A DNA stretch of 39,839 nt, from positions 1-39,839 of IMG/VR virus record IMGVR_UViG_3300046832_000883, one strand, 5' to 3'. A model generated the notes under the pieces. That model was given only the letters and a program-made list of their open reading frames with translations, was not told where the DNA came from and did not search any database. This stretch comes from a virus. Lineage: Duplodnaviria; Caudoviricetes. Below, piece by piece: positions 10,666 through 18,664 of the stretch. Position 1 is the stretch's first letter. Each line of letters starts with the position of its first letter. Made by a program: the position numbers and the translations under genes.

Positions 10666-11192
10666 TGAAGCGAGTGTATACAGGCAATAAGGACGGCGCA
10701 GCCAAAGGCTTGCGCCCAGGTACTAAGGCTTTCATTGATGAAGTAATCAAGCTTTCCAATGGTGCGCTCTGGAACAATGGTGACTTTGGTGTGCGAAATA
10801 TGAAGGGTAAGGAGTCTTTGTCTGTTCATGCGACTGGTCGTGCTGTTGACTTGTCTTACCGTCACATGCCACCGAAGAAGGGTGTGAAGAATGGACGTAG
10901 AGAGGCTGTCCGTATTTGTAAGATTGTTGTTGACAATGCAGACTCGCTTGGTCTTGAAGCATTGTTTGATTATTTCCCCAAGCCTTTTGGCAGGGCGTGG
11001 ATGTGCGACCGAGATGCCTGGTCTGCTTACAGGAAGTTGACAATTGCGGGAGCTCCTGGTGGCGACTGGCTACATTTTGAAATTTCACCCGAGATGGCTG
11101 ACAACCCAGCTAAAGTTCGTAGTGCTTTTACTGCGATTCGTGCGAAGCTAGAATCCGCTCCCCAATTAGTTGCGCCACTTGAGGAACAATAG
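10665..11192 (+). CDS. Endolysin-like Zn peptidase (M15 / DD-peptidase fold)
   Basis: SVHATGRAVD (SxHxxGxAxD) and downstream WLHFE Zn-ligand motifs; AAGGAG RBS. Confidence 0.75.
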   Translation: MKRVYTGNKDGAAKGLRPGTKAFIDEVIKLSNGALWNNGDFGVRNMKGKESLSVHATGRAVDLSYRHMPPKKGVKNGRREAVRICKIVVDNADSLGLEALFDYFPKPFGRAWMCDRDAWSAYRKLTIAGAPGGDWLHFEISPEMADNPAKVRSAFTAIRAKLESAPQLVAPLEEQ

Positions 11193-11862
11193 CATTTCCT
11201 AATCCTTTAAGTCTGTCCACTCTAAAGGGAATCCCATCAGCCACTCGACCCACGTTGGGTTCATCTTTCCACCTGGGTCTTGACTCTTCATTCGTCTTCC
11301 TATTACTGTTTCTAGGTTTGGAAAACGTTTTGGGTTTGACGCTACTTTGTAGGTTATTGTTGCTGACATTGCTGAGCAGCTTCTTGGGGTAGGCCACGAT
11401 AAAGAGTCTTTCTCTTTTTTGTGGCGCACCAACGGCGCTTGCTGGTATAACTTGCCATTCCGCATCGTACCCGATGTCGGAAAGGTCTTGGAGAACTTCT
11501 TTGAATCCGAGACTGAGATGTCCTCTGACATTTTCCATGATTGCGTATTTTGGTCGTATTGTGCGAATGGCTTCTGCGAAGTAGGGCCAAAGATTTCTTT
11601 CATCGTATTGTCCTTTTCTTAGTCCTGCCACGCTGAATGGTTGGCATGGGTATCCTCCACATAGAACATCTGGATGTTCTATTGTGGACCAGTTTATTTT
11701 TTTTACATCTCCGAGATTTGGTATGTCTGGCCAATGTTTTTTTAGTATTGCACAGCAATGGCTTTCAATTTCTGATTGCCATATTACTTTCATTCCTGCA
11801 TTCTCTAAGCCGAGGTCGAACCCCCCAATACCGCTGAAGAGGCTACCTACCGTTAGTTGCAT
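11128..11862 (-). CDS. DNA (cytosine-5) methyltransferase, main (alpha-like) polypeptide
   Basis: Motif I SLFSGIGG, IV GYPCQPFS, VI ENV, VIII QKRER, X GNAIVP. The variable region is very short and there is no motif IX. Confidence 0.93.
   Translation of the reverse strand: MQLTVGSLFSGIGGFDLGLENAGMKVIWQSEIESHCCAILKKHWPDIPNLGDVKKINWSTIEHPDVLCGGYPCQPFSVAGLRKGQYDERNLWPYFAEAIRTIRPKYAIMENVRGHLSLGFKEVLQDLSDIGYDAEWQVIPASAVGAPQKRERLFIVAYPKKLLSNVSNNNLQSSVKPKTFSKPRNSNRKTNEESRPRWKDEPNVGRVADGIPFRVDRLKGLGNAIVPQVAQLIGERILASHESQ
11199..11603 (-). CDS. Nested out-of-frame methyltransferase partner (beta-like polypeptide carrying a motif IX-like segment)
   Basis: 134-aa ORF wholly inside the MTase gene, with AAGGA upstream of its ATG. 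It ends in MNPTWVEWLMGFPLEWT, matching the motif IX pattern (E..LMGFP..W). Confidence 0.7.
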   Translation of the reverse strand: MKEIFGPTSQKPFAQYDQNTQSWKMSEDISVSDSKKFSKTFPTSGTMRNGKLYQQAPLVRHKKEKDSLSWPTPRSCSAMSATITYKVASNPKRFPNLETVIGRRMKSQDPGGKMNPTWVEWLMGFPLEWTDLKD

Positions 11863-12154
11863 TTTCTTCTGGCAACTTTGCTGATGCTTGTTCTAGCACG
11901 ACAATATCTACCACCATTCCCACGGGGATGTGTATAGGCATGCCTACTGTTTTCATGTCTGGTACTTCGTCTGGAAAGTATGAGTTGACTACTGTTACGT
12001 AGCCTGGTAAACAGTTTGCCCAGAGCCATCCGACAGTCATAACTGTTGCTTCTTTGGCTTTGTAGGATTCTATTTCTGTCCATCCGTTTTCTCCATCAAA
12101 TGCATCTGTCCAATGGATTGATACCAATGGCCATTGGCATTTTACTTCTTTCAT
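11843..12154 (-). CDS. Hypothetical protein (W-x-D-A motif, Sm-like small phage protein)
   Basis: Likely start MKEVKCQW with AAGGAG RBS. VSIHWTDA...TVGWL...IPVGMV pattern. Confidence 0.7.
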   Translation of the reverse strand: MKEVKCQWPLVSIHWTDAFDGENGWTEIESYKAKEATVMTVGWLWANCLPGYVTVVNSYFPDEVPDMKTVGMPIHIPVGMVVDIVVLEQASAKLPEENATNGR

Positions 12155-12156
12155 CT

Positions 12157-12435
12157 TTACTCCTTGTACGGGTTTATGTCTTCTTCTTCTAGGTATATTT
12201 CTAGTGACTCTATGAATCCGTTGATAAAGTATGCTATTGATTCGAACCCCTCCTCGTTTCCTTCTTTTGTTTTTTTCCATGCTCTACACAATTCTATTGC
12301 TGATTGGTTTGTTGCGTTGAGCATTATTGTTAGTCCGTTTGTCATGTTGTGTACTAATGCTTCCCCGTTCCTGTTGATTGCGTCAACTTGTGTTTTGGGG
12401 ATTATTTCATGAATCCAGTTCTGGTCGTTTGACAT
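12157..12435 (-). CDS. Hypothetical protein
   Basis: 92-aa ORF, TAATG-coupled to the upstream gene. Confidence 0.7.
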   Translation of the reverse strand: MSNDQNWIHEIIPKTQVDAINRNGEALVHNMTNGLTIMLNATNQSAIELCRAWKKTKEGNEEGFESIAYFINGFIESLEIYLEEEDINPYKE

Positions 12436-12602
12436 TACTTTTTCTTTCTTTTAGGGTTGCTTATGTAGATATATCCCTGGGGGAGTCCGTTTTCTATTAT
12501 TCCTTTTCCTATTAGTGCTTTACCGAATTTTTCTTCTAGTACTTTGGCTACGTCGTTTACGTTTACCTCGTTATCAAAGCCCACCGTAATCTGTCGTCGC
12601 AT
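12435..12602 (-). CDS. Hypothetical protein (55 aa, MRRQITVGFDNEVNVNDVAK...), not in ORF track
   Basis: Fills the gap, with a TAATG overlap with the next gene. Confidence 0.65.
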   Translation of the reverse strand: MRRQITVGFDNEVNVNDVAKVLEEKFGKALIGKGIIENGLPQGYIYISNPKRKKK

Positions 12603-12975
12603 CGTTATCTCTCAATCTTTTTAGTACTTTAGGGTCTTTTAACATTATTTCTCGTAGTCTATCCATTGCGCAGTTTCGTAGCCTCCAGGCGTGTGTTTTG
12701 GTTACACCAAGTCTTTTGCCTAGTTCTTCTAGCGACACCATTTCTGTGTTTACTGCATCAATTATAAACCTGTCTTGTTCGTCAAGTTGCTCGATGCATT
12801 GTGCTACTGCTTCTCTGAATGGCTGTAGTTCTTCTACGGATTCTTGGATTTCTTGTCCTGGTGCTGCTTGCATCAGCGCTTCTATTTGTGTTTCTGGTCG
12901 TCTGAGCCCACGAATTTTTAATTCGTGGTAGTGGTTTAGTGGTGTTTCTTTTTTATTCGCCACTTGCTTTATCAT
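12574..12975 (-). CDS. Sigma-70 region 4-like HTH protein (no region 2)
   Basis: AQCIEQLDEQDRFII...SLEELGKRLGVTKTHAWRLRNCAMDRLR matches sigma region 4. The start could be the GTG at 12963. Confidence 0.8.
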   Translation of the reverse strand: MIKQVANKKETPLNHYHELKIRGLRRPETQIEALMQAAPGQEIQESVEELQPFREAVAQCIEQLDEQDRFIIDAVNTEMVSLEELGKRLGVTKTHAWRLRNCAMDRLREIMLKDPKVLKRLRDNDATTDYGGL

Positions 12976-13393
12976 AAATTGGATTGGTCATTAAGTCCAT
13001 TACTTCTTCAGGCAACAACAGAAATCCTTTTGCTGGGTTGTTTGACATTGGTGCGAATGTTTTTGTTCTTTTTTCTGGAAGTGTTGCTATGTATCTCTTG
13101 AGTCTGTCTACTTTGATTACTACGATACTTCCATCTAGTGCGTATACATATACCCACCATTCTGCCAGCGTTACTTGAAGTCCTGATGGTTTCCACCCGC
13201 TATTTCGTGGGTTCTGTTCTGTTTCTACGACCATCCGACCGTTTCTGTATCTGTCTGTTTTTACTTCGAATGAACCTGTTGCTATTGCTGTCAGGAAGTC
13301 TTTTGTGATTTGTTCACCTTTTTTACCGAAGGCAAGGTCGTTCTTGAAGTTGTATTGTTGTGAAGCAGGAATGTCCCATCGGTTGTCTTTCAT
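12953..13393 (-). CDS. PD-(D/E)XK-type nuclease-like protein
   Basis: DLAFGKKGE...FEVKTD...VVE...KPSGL...AEWWVY pattern with an ExK motif. Confidence 0.6.
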   Translation of the reverse strand: MKDNRWDIPASQQYNFKNDLAFGKKGEQITKDFLTAIATGSFEVKTDRYRNGRMVVETEQNPRNSGWKPSGLQVTLAEWWVYVYALDGSIVVIKVDRLKRYIATLPEKRTKTFAPMSNNPAKGFLLLPEEVMDLMTNPIYDKASGE

Positions 13394-13737
13394 GCTTTTT
13401 CCAAATACAAGCTTACTATTTGTTTGTCATCTGTGTAAGCCACCCCGTTGAGTGCGTCTAGGAATGCTTTGGCATAGTTGTCTATGTCTGCTGTTAGTTT
13501 TGATTTTTCTTTATTCTTTATTACTTCTAATTCAATTTCTGTTCCGTCTATTGAGAACTTTATTTTTACTGACAGAAGTTCTTCTTTGAATAATGGTCCT
13601 GTATACATTGATTTGATTTGATTCTCGTATTCTCTGGTTGTTTTGGGTGTGTATACGTTTCCAGTTTTTCTATTGAATTGTGGTCTTCCTTTTGCTTTGG
13701 GTCTGACGCTGAAGTTTTGTTTGAATTTTAGTTTCAT
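13390..13737 (-). CDS. rusA: RusA-like Holliday junction resolvase
   Basis: PKAKGRP N-terminus and DIDNYAKAFLDALNGVAYTDDKQI catalytic motif. Confidence 0.9.
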   Translation of the reverse strand: MKLKFKQNFSVRPKAKGRPQFNRKTGNVYTPKTTREYENQIKSMYTGPLFKEELLSVKIKFSIDGTEIELEVIKNKEKSKLTADIDNYAKAFLDALNGVAYTDDKQIVSLYLEKA

Positions 13738-14630
13738 GGTCTGAAGGCTACACCAGTTTCCTGGCCGTAGATGTCTTCAACGATTTTTGTTAGTTGTTCC
13801 ACGCAATCTTCTCTGAGGTGGAACTTGCCCCATCTTTTGTCTGCGTCAGCAAGGACAACGTAGGCTAGGTTGATTGGAACGTTGTAGTCGTACATTCTGT
13901 GTACGAGCATGCACAGTGTGTTTGACCTGTCTTGACCTTGAAGTGGTCCGCCGTACCATACTGCTTTGATATGGCGTGAGCAGTGATTTAGTGCTTCTTC
14001 AACTGTTGTTGATACGTTGATATTTTCTAGTGTTGCTTTGCCTCTTGGTTTGTGTTTCTCTGCTAGAGGGCGTAGTTGTTTTGTGCTCACCCGATTGTCT
14101 AGCGCTTCTGCTAGGAATGTTCCAAAGGCTATTGGCATGTCTTCGTTATCGAGCATGTATCTAGTTTCTGGTTCTTGCACCATTGCGCCAGGATAAGGTA
14201 GGCGAACATAGTTTCCTAAGTTTGTTGCTTCTTCTTGCTTTGGATTGATTTCTTTTGCTGCGAGATTGATTGCTTCGTGTGCTGAAAGAAAGGCTCTGCG
14301 CATTATTGCTGCTGGAATCCATTCTGATGCGAACACCCAAACATGGAATCCTTTGACGGTTTTTTCTATGAATGCTGGTACATTCTGTATTTGCAGAGCT
14401 AGCTGTAGGTTTCTTGCTAGGTCTATATCGTTTATGTCAATGTCTGAGCAACCCCATTTGACGGTGTTGTCATCTCTTAGCGGGTAGATACCTATAAGTT
14501 CTTCGTTGTACAGATGTCGTGCGAAAGAAGAGTAGTTGGTTGGTTCCTTTTTGGAACCACCCTCCCACGTGCCGTAAGCGTCTGTTCTTCCTTGGAAGAG
14601 TTCCATGAACTCTTCTATTGCGTCATTCAT
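13734..14630 (-). CDS. Archaeo-eukaryotic-type primase (prim-pol like)
   Basis: LFQGRTDAYG, IGIYP, CSDID (DxD), KGFHVWVF and GNYVRLP motifs; C-terminal DRS helical domain; adjacent to the helicase. Likely start MNDAIEEF. Confidence 0.8.
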   Translation of the reverse strand: MNDAIEEFMELFQGRTDAYGTWEGGSKKEPTNYSSFARHLYNEELIGIYPLRDDNTVKWGCSDIDINDIDLARNLQLALQIQNVPAFIEKTVKGFHVWVFASEWIPAAIMRRAFLSAHEAINLAAKEINPKQEEATNLGNYVRLPYPGAMVQEPETRYMLDNEDMPIAFGTFLAEALDNRVSTKQLRPLAEKHKPRGKATLENINVSTTVEEALNHCSRHIKAVWYGGPLQGQDRSNTLCMLVHRMYDYNVPINLAYVVLADADKRWGKFHLREDCVEQLTKIVEDIYGQETGVAFRP

Positions 14631-15654
14631 AGGTCTCATCGTATTCGAGTCCCATTTGTCTGTATTGTCTTGGTAGTTCTCCATTCAAGTCTCTCAGTCT
14701 TCCTGTTGCTGCGTTTAGTTCAAAGTCAACGTCATCTACTAACTGACCTGCTGGTCTTTTGTTTTTTAGTAGGTTTACGGTGACTGTGTGTTCGTGTATT
14801 TTTTGTTCGTAGCGCAGGAAGTCAAGTCGTTCTTGCGTTCTTTCTGAACTACTTCTGTTTAGTTTTTCTATTAGTTCTGTGATTTCTGATTGTATTTCGT
14901 ATTTTTTTCTGCGCACTCCGAGTATTGCTGTTGCTTGTTGTTCACCACCGTATGAGCCAGAACTCATTGTTAGTTTTTTGCCATCCGCACCTGCGTGGCG
15001 TGATGTTTGGTGTAGCACAAGCATTGGTACATCGTGTTTGCGTCCGAATCCTTTGAGGAATGTTGCTTTTTCTGGAACTGTTTCTCCTGCTTGGACTAGT
15101 TCTAGGAAGTCAACTACCACCAATTCTGGTGCTTGATTCCACACATCACAGACTTCGTTGTATCCACGTTCCATATCTGCTGAAGATAATGATTGGTCGA
15201 ATACAGCAAGGTTTGGGAAGTGTTCGTATGCTGTTTCCCTCATGAGATTGATTGCTTCTTTGTCATTTTTAGCAATGCGTTCTTCTAGGATTCTTGCGTC
15301 AATGTTGTGTGTTATGCAAGTTAGCTTTATCAGTACGAGTTCTTTTGGCTCGTCTGGTATGAACAGGGCTATATGTTTTTCTTTGTTGTGCTTGAGCGAG
15401 TGAAGCAACAGTAGGGTTTTGCCGCCATGTGCGAACCCGAGCACCATTGCTATTTCACCTGGTGCTATTCCACGCATTTCTGCGTCTATGCGAGCGATAC
15501 CGAGATTTATTCTTTCTTGTGGCGATTGTGCCCATCTAACGAAAGAGTCAATTGATTCTCCTAACGGCGAATACATTCGGTCAGAAGGTGGAAGGGCTGT
15601 GTGCCCTCCCACCGACTTCCAGCCCGCAGCGATTTCATCTGCGGACATTCTCAT
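14623..15654 (-). CDS. DnaB/RecA-family replicative helicase
   Basis: Walker A GFAHGGKT, Walker B VVVDFL, LHQTSR, GGEQQA and KNKR (SF4 motifs). Confidence 0.88.
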   Translation of the reverse strand: MRMSADEIAAGWKSVGGHTALPPSDRMYSPLGESIDSFVRWAQSPQERINLGIARIDAEMRGIAPGEIAMVLGFAHGGKTLLLLHSLKHNKEKHIALFIPDEPKELVLIKLTCITHNIDARILEERIAKNDKEAINLMRETAYEHFPNLAVFDQSLSSADMERGYNEVCDVWNQAPELVVVDFLELVQAGETVPEKATFLKGFGRKHDVPMLVLHQTSRHAGADGKKLTMSSGSYGGEQQATAILGVRRKKYEIQSEITELIEKLNRSSSERTQERLDFLRYEQKIHEHTVTVNLLKNKRPAGQLVDDVDFELNAATGRLRDLNGELPRQYRQMGLEYDETYE

Positions 15655-16079
15655 TACTTACCTCGTGGTGGCCAGTAGGATTTTTCTCCAGTGGTTGCAC
15701 GGAATGATGGTCGCTTAGGATTTTCTGCTAATCCGTCACGGTTGTCCCACACTTCTGTTACTCCGTCACGCTTACATGCCTTGATAAGCCAGTCTGGAAT
15801 TGGTCCGTGTGTTGTTCCTTTGATTTTGAGTGTTCCACCCATTGTTGAAGGATGGTCCTCGGATACATTGAAGGCTTCTTTTACCATTTGAACAACGTTG
15901 TCTGTTGAGATAATTTCCGCTTGGTTCGTTGGGAAAATTTCGTCAAACACGATTTCTTTGATGGTTGAGAATAACGTTGCAAACTCACCAATTCGAGTTT
16001 CCAATGTTTCTTCTTTGTTGGTTAGGTCTGATGCAATTTTTGCGCAGACCTGGGTGATTATGGCTCTGTCTTTATCCAT
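15654..16079 (-). CDS. Putative single-stranded DNA-binding protein
   Basis: C-terminal WDNRDGLAENPKRPSFRATTGEKSYW motif; position between nuclease and helicase. Confidence 0.5.
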   Translation of the reverse strand: MDKDRAIITQVCAKIASDLTNKEETLETRIGEFATLFSTIKEIVFDEIFPTNQAEIISTDNVVQMVKEAFNVSEDHPSTMGGTLKIKGTTHGPIPDWLIKACKRDGVTEVWDNRDGLAENPKRPSFRATTGEKSYWPPRGK

Positions 16080-16915
16080 TATTCTGCCTCCTCGGCATTG
16101 TTATCGGAGCCGATATAGCTCCCCTTGCATTTATCCCACACTGGGCACCACCGCTGTGAACAGAGGAAGTGTTGGTCGTTGGCGAGCCAGCGACCTCCAG
16201 TTGTGTTGTTATTGTACATTAGCACTGTTCGTGCTAACGCTGTTGCTTGTTCAACAATCCAGTTGCCGTGGGCTTCCGTTCTGCTGACACTCACAATTTG
16301 TCCTGTACTGGACGCATTGCGAATCATGACACCAAACTTGAAAGTGGCTGGATAGTCAATCATGCCCATCTCGTATGCTGCTTTGGTGTAAACTGCTGAT
16401 TGGATATTTTGTGATTGTTTTTCTGCTTGGTAATATTTACGTGCTGCAGTTTTCCAATCCCAGATACTTTCTTGGTGAAAGTAATCCATTGTTCCTTCAA
16501 AGTGAAGTTCGTAGTCATCAAGCATTCCTACTTTTGTAGAGAACTTGAATTCTGATGTACCACCTAGTGGGACATTTGGGTAGATGTCTCGCAACCATGC
16601 ATCGCACATTGACCTAATGTGCGTATTCCAATGACTTGGGTTTGTGTTGGTGATGTTGATTTCTTTACCAGCTTCTTTGAGTTCTTTTTCTTTCCATCGG
16701 AAAGACTCAACTGCATGGTCTCCCATGTGAACTGGTAGAACATCTTCGTTTAGCACAGCTTCGATGCCTGTATGGCAGGCAGTACCCATCATTGCTGAGT
16801 CATTTTCTTTGCGAGATTCAGGGTGTAAGGCTGTAAGCCTTGCACGCTCTGGACACATTAATGCATCCCCAAGCCACGATTGACGGATGTATATTTTGTT
16901 GTCTTCTATTCGCAT
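16079..16915 (-). CDS. Cas4/RecB-like PD-(D/E)XK exonuclease
   Basis: N-terminal CP, GTACH, GTMD...DWKT, Q..VY, and C-terminal CSQRWCPVWDKC (1+3 Cys Fe-S pattern). AAGGAG RBS before MRIEDNK. Confidence 0.85.
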   Translation of the reverse strand: MRIEDNKIYIRQSWLGDALMCPERARLTALHPESRKENDSAMMGTACHTGIEAVLNEDVLPVHMGDHAVESFRWKEKELKEAGKEINITNTNPSHWNTHIRSMCDAWLRDIYPNVPLGGTSEFKFSTKVGMLDDYELHFEGTMDYFHQESIWDWKTAARKYYQAEKQSQNIQSAVYTKAAYEMGMIDYPATFKFGVMIRNASSTGQIVSVSRTEAHGNWIVEQATALARTVLMYNNNTTGGRWLANDQHFLCSQRWCPVWDKCKGSYIGSDNNAEEAE

Positions 16916-16930
16916 GAATCTCCTTGTTGT

Positions 16931-16953
16931 GCATCCCACCCGAAGTGGGATGC
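16931..16953 (-). other. 9-bp hairpin in the 5' leader of the replication operon
   Basis: GCATCCCAC-CCGAA-GTGGGATGC; no U tract; sits just before the RBS. Confidence 0.7.
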
Positions 16954-16975
16954 CAGTGGCTTGTTCTTGAAATAC

Positions 16976-17003
16976 AGTTTACACGCTTTATTTGGGTTGT
17001 CAA
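16976..17003 (-). promoter_or_regulatory. Housekeeping sigma70/SigA-type promoter for replication genes
   Basis: On the - strand, TTGACA-N16-TAAACT about 60 nt upstream of the exonuclease start. Confidence 0.7.
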
Positions 17004-17419
17004 GCTCTCCAGGGCCCCCATCCGTTACCGTATTGTTTTACACCATAGTTGTAGATGTGCAATGCTGATAGGAGGTTTGTTTCTGGGTGTAGAAGCTCTT
17101 CATCCGCTTCGGGTGAGCTTGTAACGCCCTGTTTGTGCAACCATGGTGTCCAGAAGCCATTTATTTGCATTAGGCCCCTAGAGCCTCCTGCTGGGTCTTT
17201 GGGGTTGAATGCCTGTGTTAGGCATCTTGATTCTCTGTACATTATCTGGTCTAACTTTTCTAGGTTCTTTTTGTGCCACCCGACTTTTAGGGCCGTTTTC
17301 CAGAATTGAGGGCATTTTGCTTCGACTGGTGGTTTTATGTCTATTTTTGGTGGTTTGGGTTCTTGGGGGGCTAAGCCCCCCAAGATAATTGCGCTTGAAA
17401 TTATTAGATTTGCTAACAA
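17000..17419 (-). CDS. Lytic transglycosylase (SLT / lysozyme-like) with N-terminal hydrophobic segment
   Basis: IMYRESR catalytic Glu motif, SRGLMQIN, ETNL and GWGPW. Confidence 0.82.
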   Translation of the reverse strand: MLANLIISSAIILGGLAPQEPKPPKIDIKPPVEAKCPQFWKTALKVGWHKKNLEKLDQIMYRESRCLTQAFNPKDPAGGSRGLMQINGFWTPWLHKQGVTSSPEADEELLHPETNLLSALHIYNYGVKQYGNGWGPWRA

Positions 17420-17420
17420 A

Positions 17421-17639
17421 TTAGTCTCCTTTGAGTCGTGCTTGCAGTGTTTCTTCCATCTCCTTTTTTGCTGTTGAGAGCCATAGATATTCTTGATAAA
17501 GGCTGTCTGATATTACATGACCTGTAAGTCTTTGAAGTTTTTTGGCTAATTGGTCTACCCCTATGGATAGCGATTTGATTACAGCCCTTAGTTCATTTAG
17601 GGTAATCGTTACCTCAACTGATGGCTCCTGGTTGCGCAA
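17421..17639 (-). CDS. Hypothetical protein
   Basis: 72-aa helical ORF in the operon. Confidence 0.6.
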   Translation of the reverse strand: MRNQEPSVEVTITLNELRAVIKSLSIGVDQLAKKLQRLTGHVISDSLYQEYLWLSTAKKEMEETLQARLKGD

Positions 17640-17904
17640 TTTCTGTCCTTTCTGTATATACCTTTTCTACAAATACGACGTCACCTGAGGCGATTTGTAC
17701 TTGAAATGGGTATTCGTTTCTGAGTTTTTCGATGACTTTTGTGAATGAACATGTTTGGTCTTTGAGTATTTCCATATTGAAGTTGTCACATATGTATGCC
17801 CAGGTGTACACATTCATGTCACTTGGTTTGGTACTCCAGAGTATACATATGTCTGAATCCATGTCCATTTTTGCTAGATGTCTGATTGCATCTTTTATTT
17901 GCAT
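17614..17904 (-). CDS. Hypothetical protein
   Basis: 96-aa ORF, TAATG-coupled, GGAG RBS. Confidence 0.65.
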   Translation of the reverse strand: MQIKDAIRHLAKMDMDSDICILWSTKPSDMNVYTWAYICDNFNMEILKDQTCSFTKVIEKLRNEYPFQVQIASGDVVFVEKVYTERTEIAQPGAIS

Positions 17905-18377
17905 TACTCTTCTCCGAATTCGTTTACCATTTTGTGGACTCCTAATTTGAATCTGAGCATGTCAATGGCATCTGCTAGTGCTCCACGGCCTTGCGTGTCC
18001 CACATTGCTTCTTGTCCATCTTCGAATTCAATTACGGAATGTATTGGTTCTTTGTCCATACAGATTGTTGTAAGTCGTACACGAATTCTGTCTGGGCTTT
18101 CGCTTGGTTTTGGCATTTCATCTTCTGAAACATCATCTTTGATGGGTGCTGCCCATCCGACGGTTGTGATTGCGAACTCTGTGTATGTTTTGAGTTTTTC
18201 AATAGTTTTGTCTGACTCCAGTAGTTCGTAGACATCTTTGTTATCACCCTTGTATTTGACTACATCTTCTGAGTCATCAATCTTTTTGATTGAGAACATT
18301 TTTGCTGATGATGCATAGAAGTCTAATTTTGTTAACTCATCAATTTGTAGTTTGATTTTTTCTGCACGTGTTTTCAT
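17904..18377 (-). CDS. Hypothetical protein
   Basis: Likely start MKTRAEK (AAGGAG RBS, ATGA overlap with the whiB stop). Contains TTVGWAAP...PSESPDRIRVRL. Confidence 0.75.
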   Translation of the reverse strand: MKTRAEKIKLQIDELTKLDFYASSAKMFSIKKIDDSEDVVKYKGDNKDVYELLESDKTIEKLKTYTEFAITTVGWAAPIKDDVSEDEMPKPSESPDRIRVRLTTICMDKEPIHSVIEFEDGQEAMWDTQGRGALADAIDMLRFKLGVHKMVNEFGEE

Positions 18378-18664
18378 TTTTTCTCCTTGTTGGTTTTTTT
18401 GTTTTTTGGTTTTCTTGCGTACCCTAGTGTTAGGGTTTTTCCGCCCCAGATGCCTGAAGAACGGGTCTTTTTCCCATATTTTAGGCACTTTTCTTTGACG
18501 GGACATGTTGAACATATTTTCTTTGCTTGTTCGATTTCTTTTGTTTGACCTCCGTATGCTGGGAAGAACCAGGCTTTAGGTGCATCTTTGCATGCTGCTT
18601 GTTCAAACCATTCTGGTGTATCCATGTTGAAAGCTGTTTGAGTTTCTGCTTTATACATCTGCAC
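18374..18664 (-). CDS. whiB: WhiB-family Fe-S transcription factor
   Basis: WFEQAAC...FFP...AKKICSTCPVKEKC...GIWGG: four Cys plus the G(I/V)WGG turn and a basic tail. Confidence 0.93.
   Translation of the reverse strand: MQMYKAETQTAFNMDTPEWFEQAACKDAPKAWFFPAYGGQTKEIEQAKKICSTCPVKEKCLKYGKKTRSSGIWGGKTLTLGYARKPKNKKTNKEKK

Noticed and set aside
17904-18515. 203-aa version of this ORF
   Set aside because: The extension overlaps whiB. The RBS and ATGA coupling support a start at 18377.
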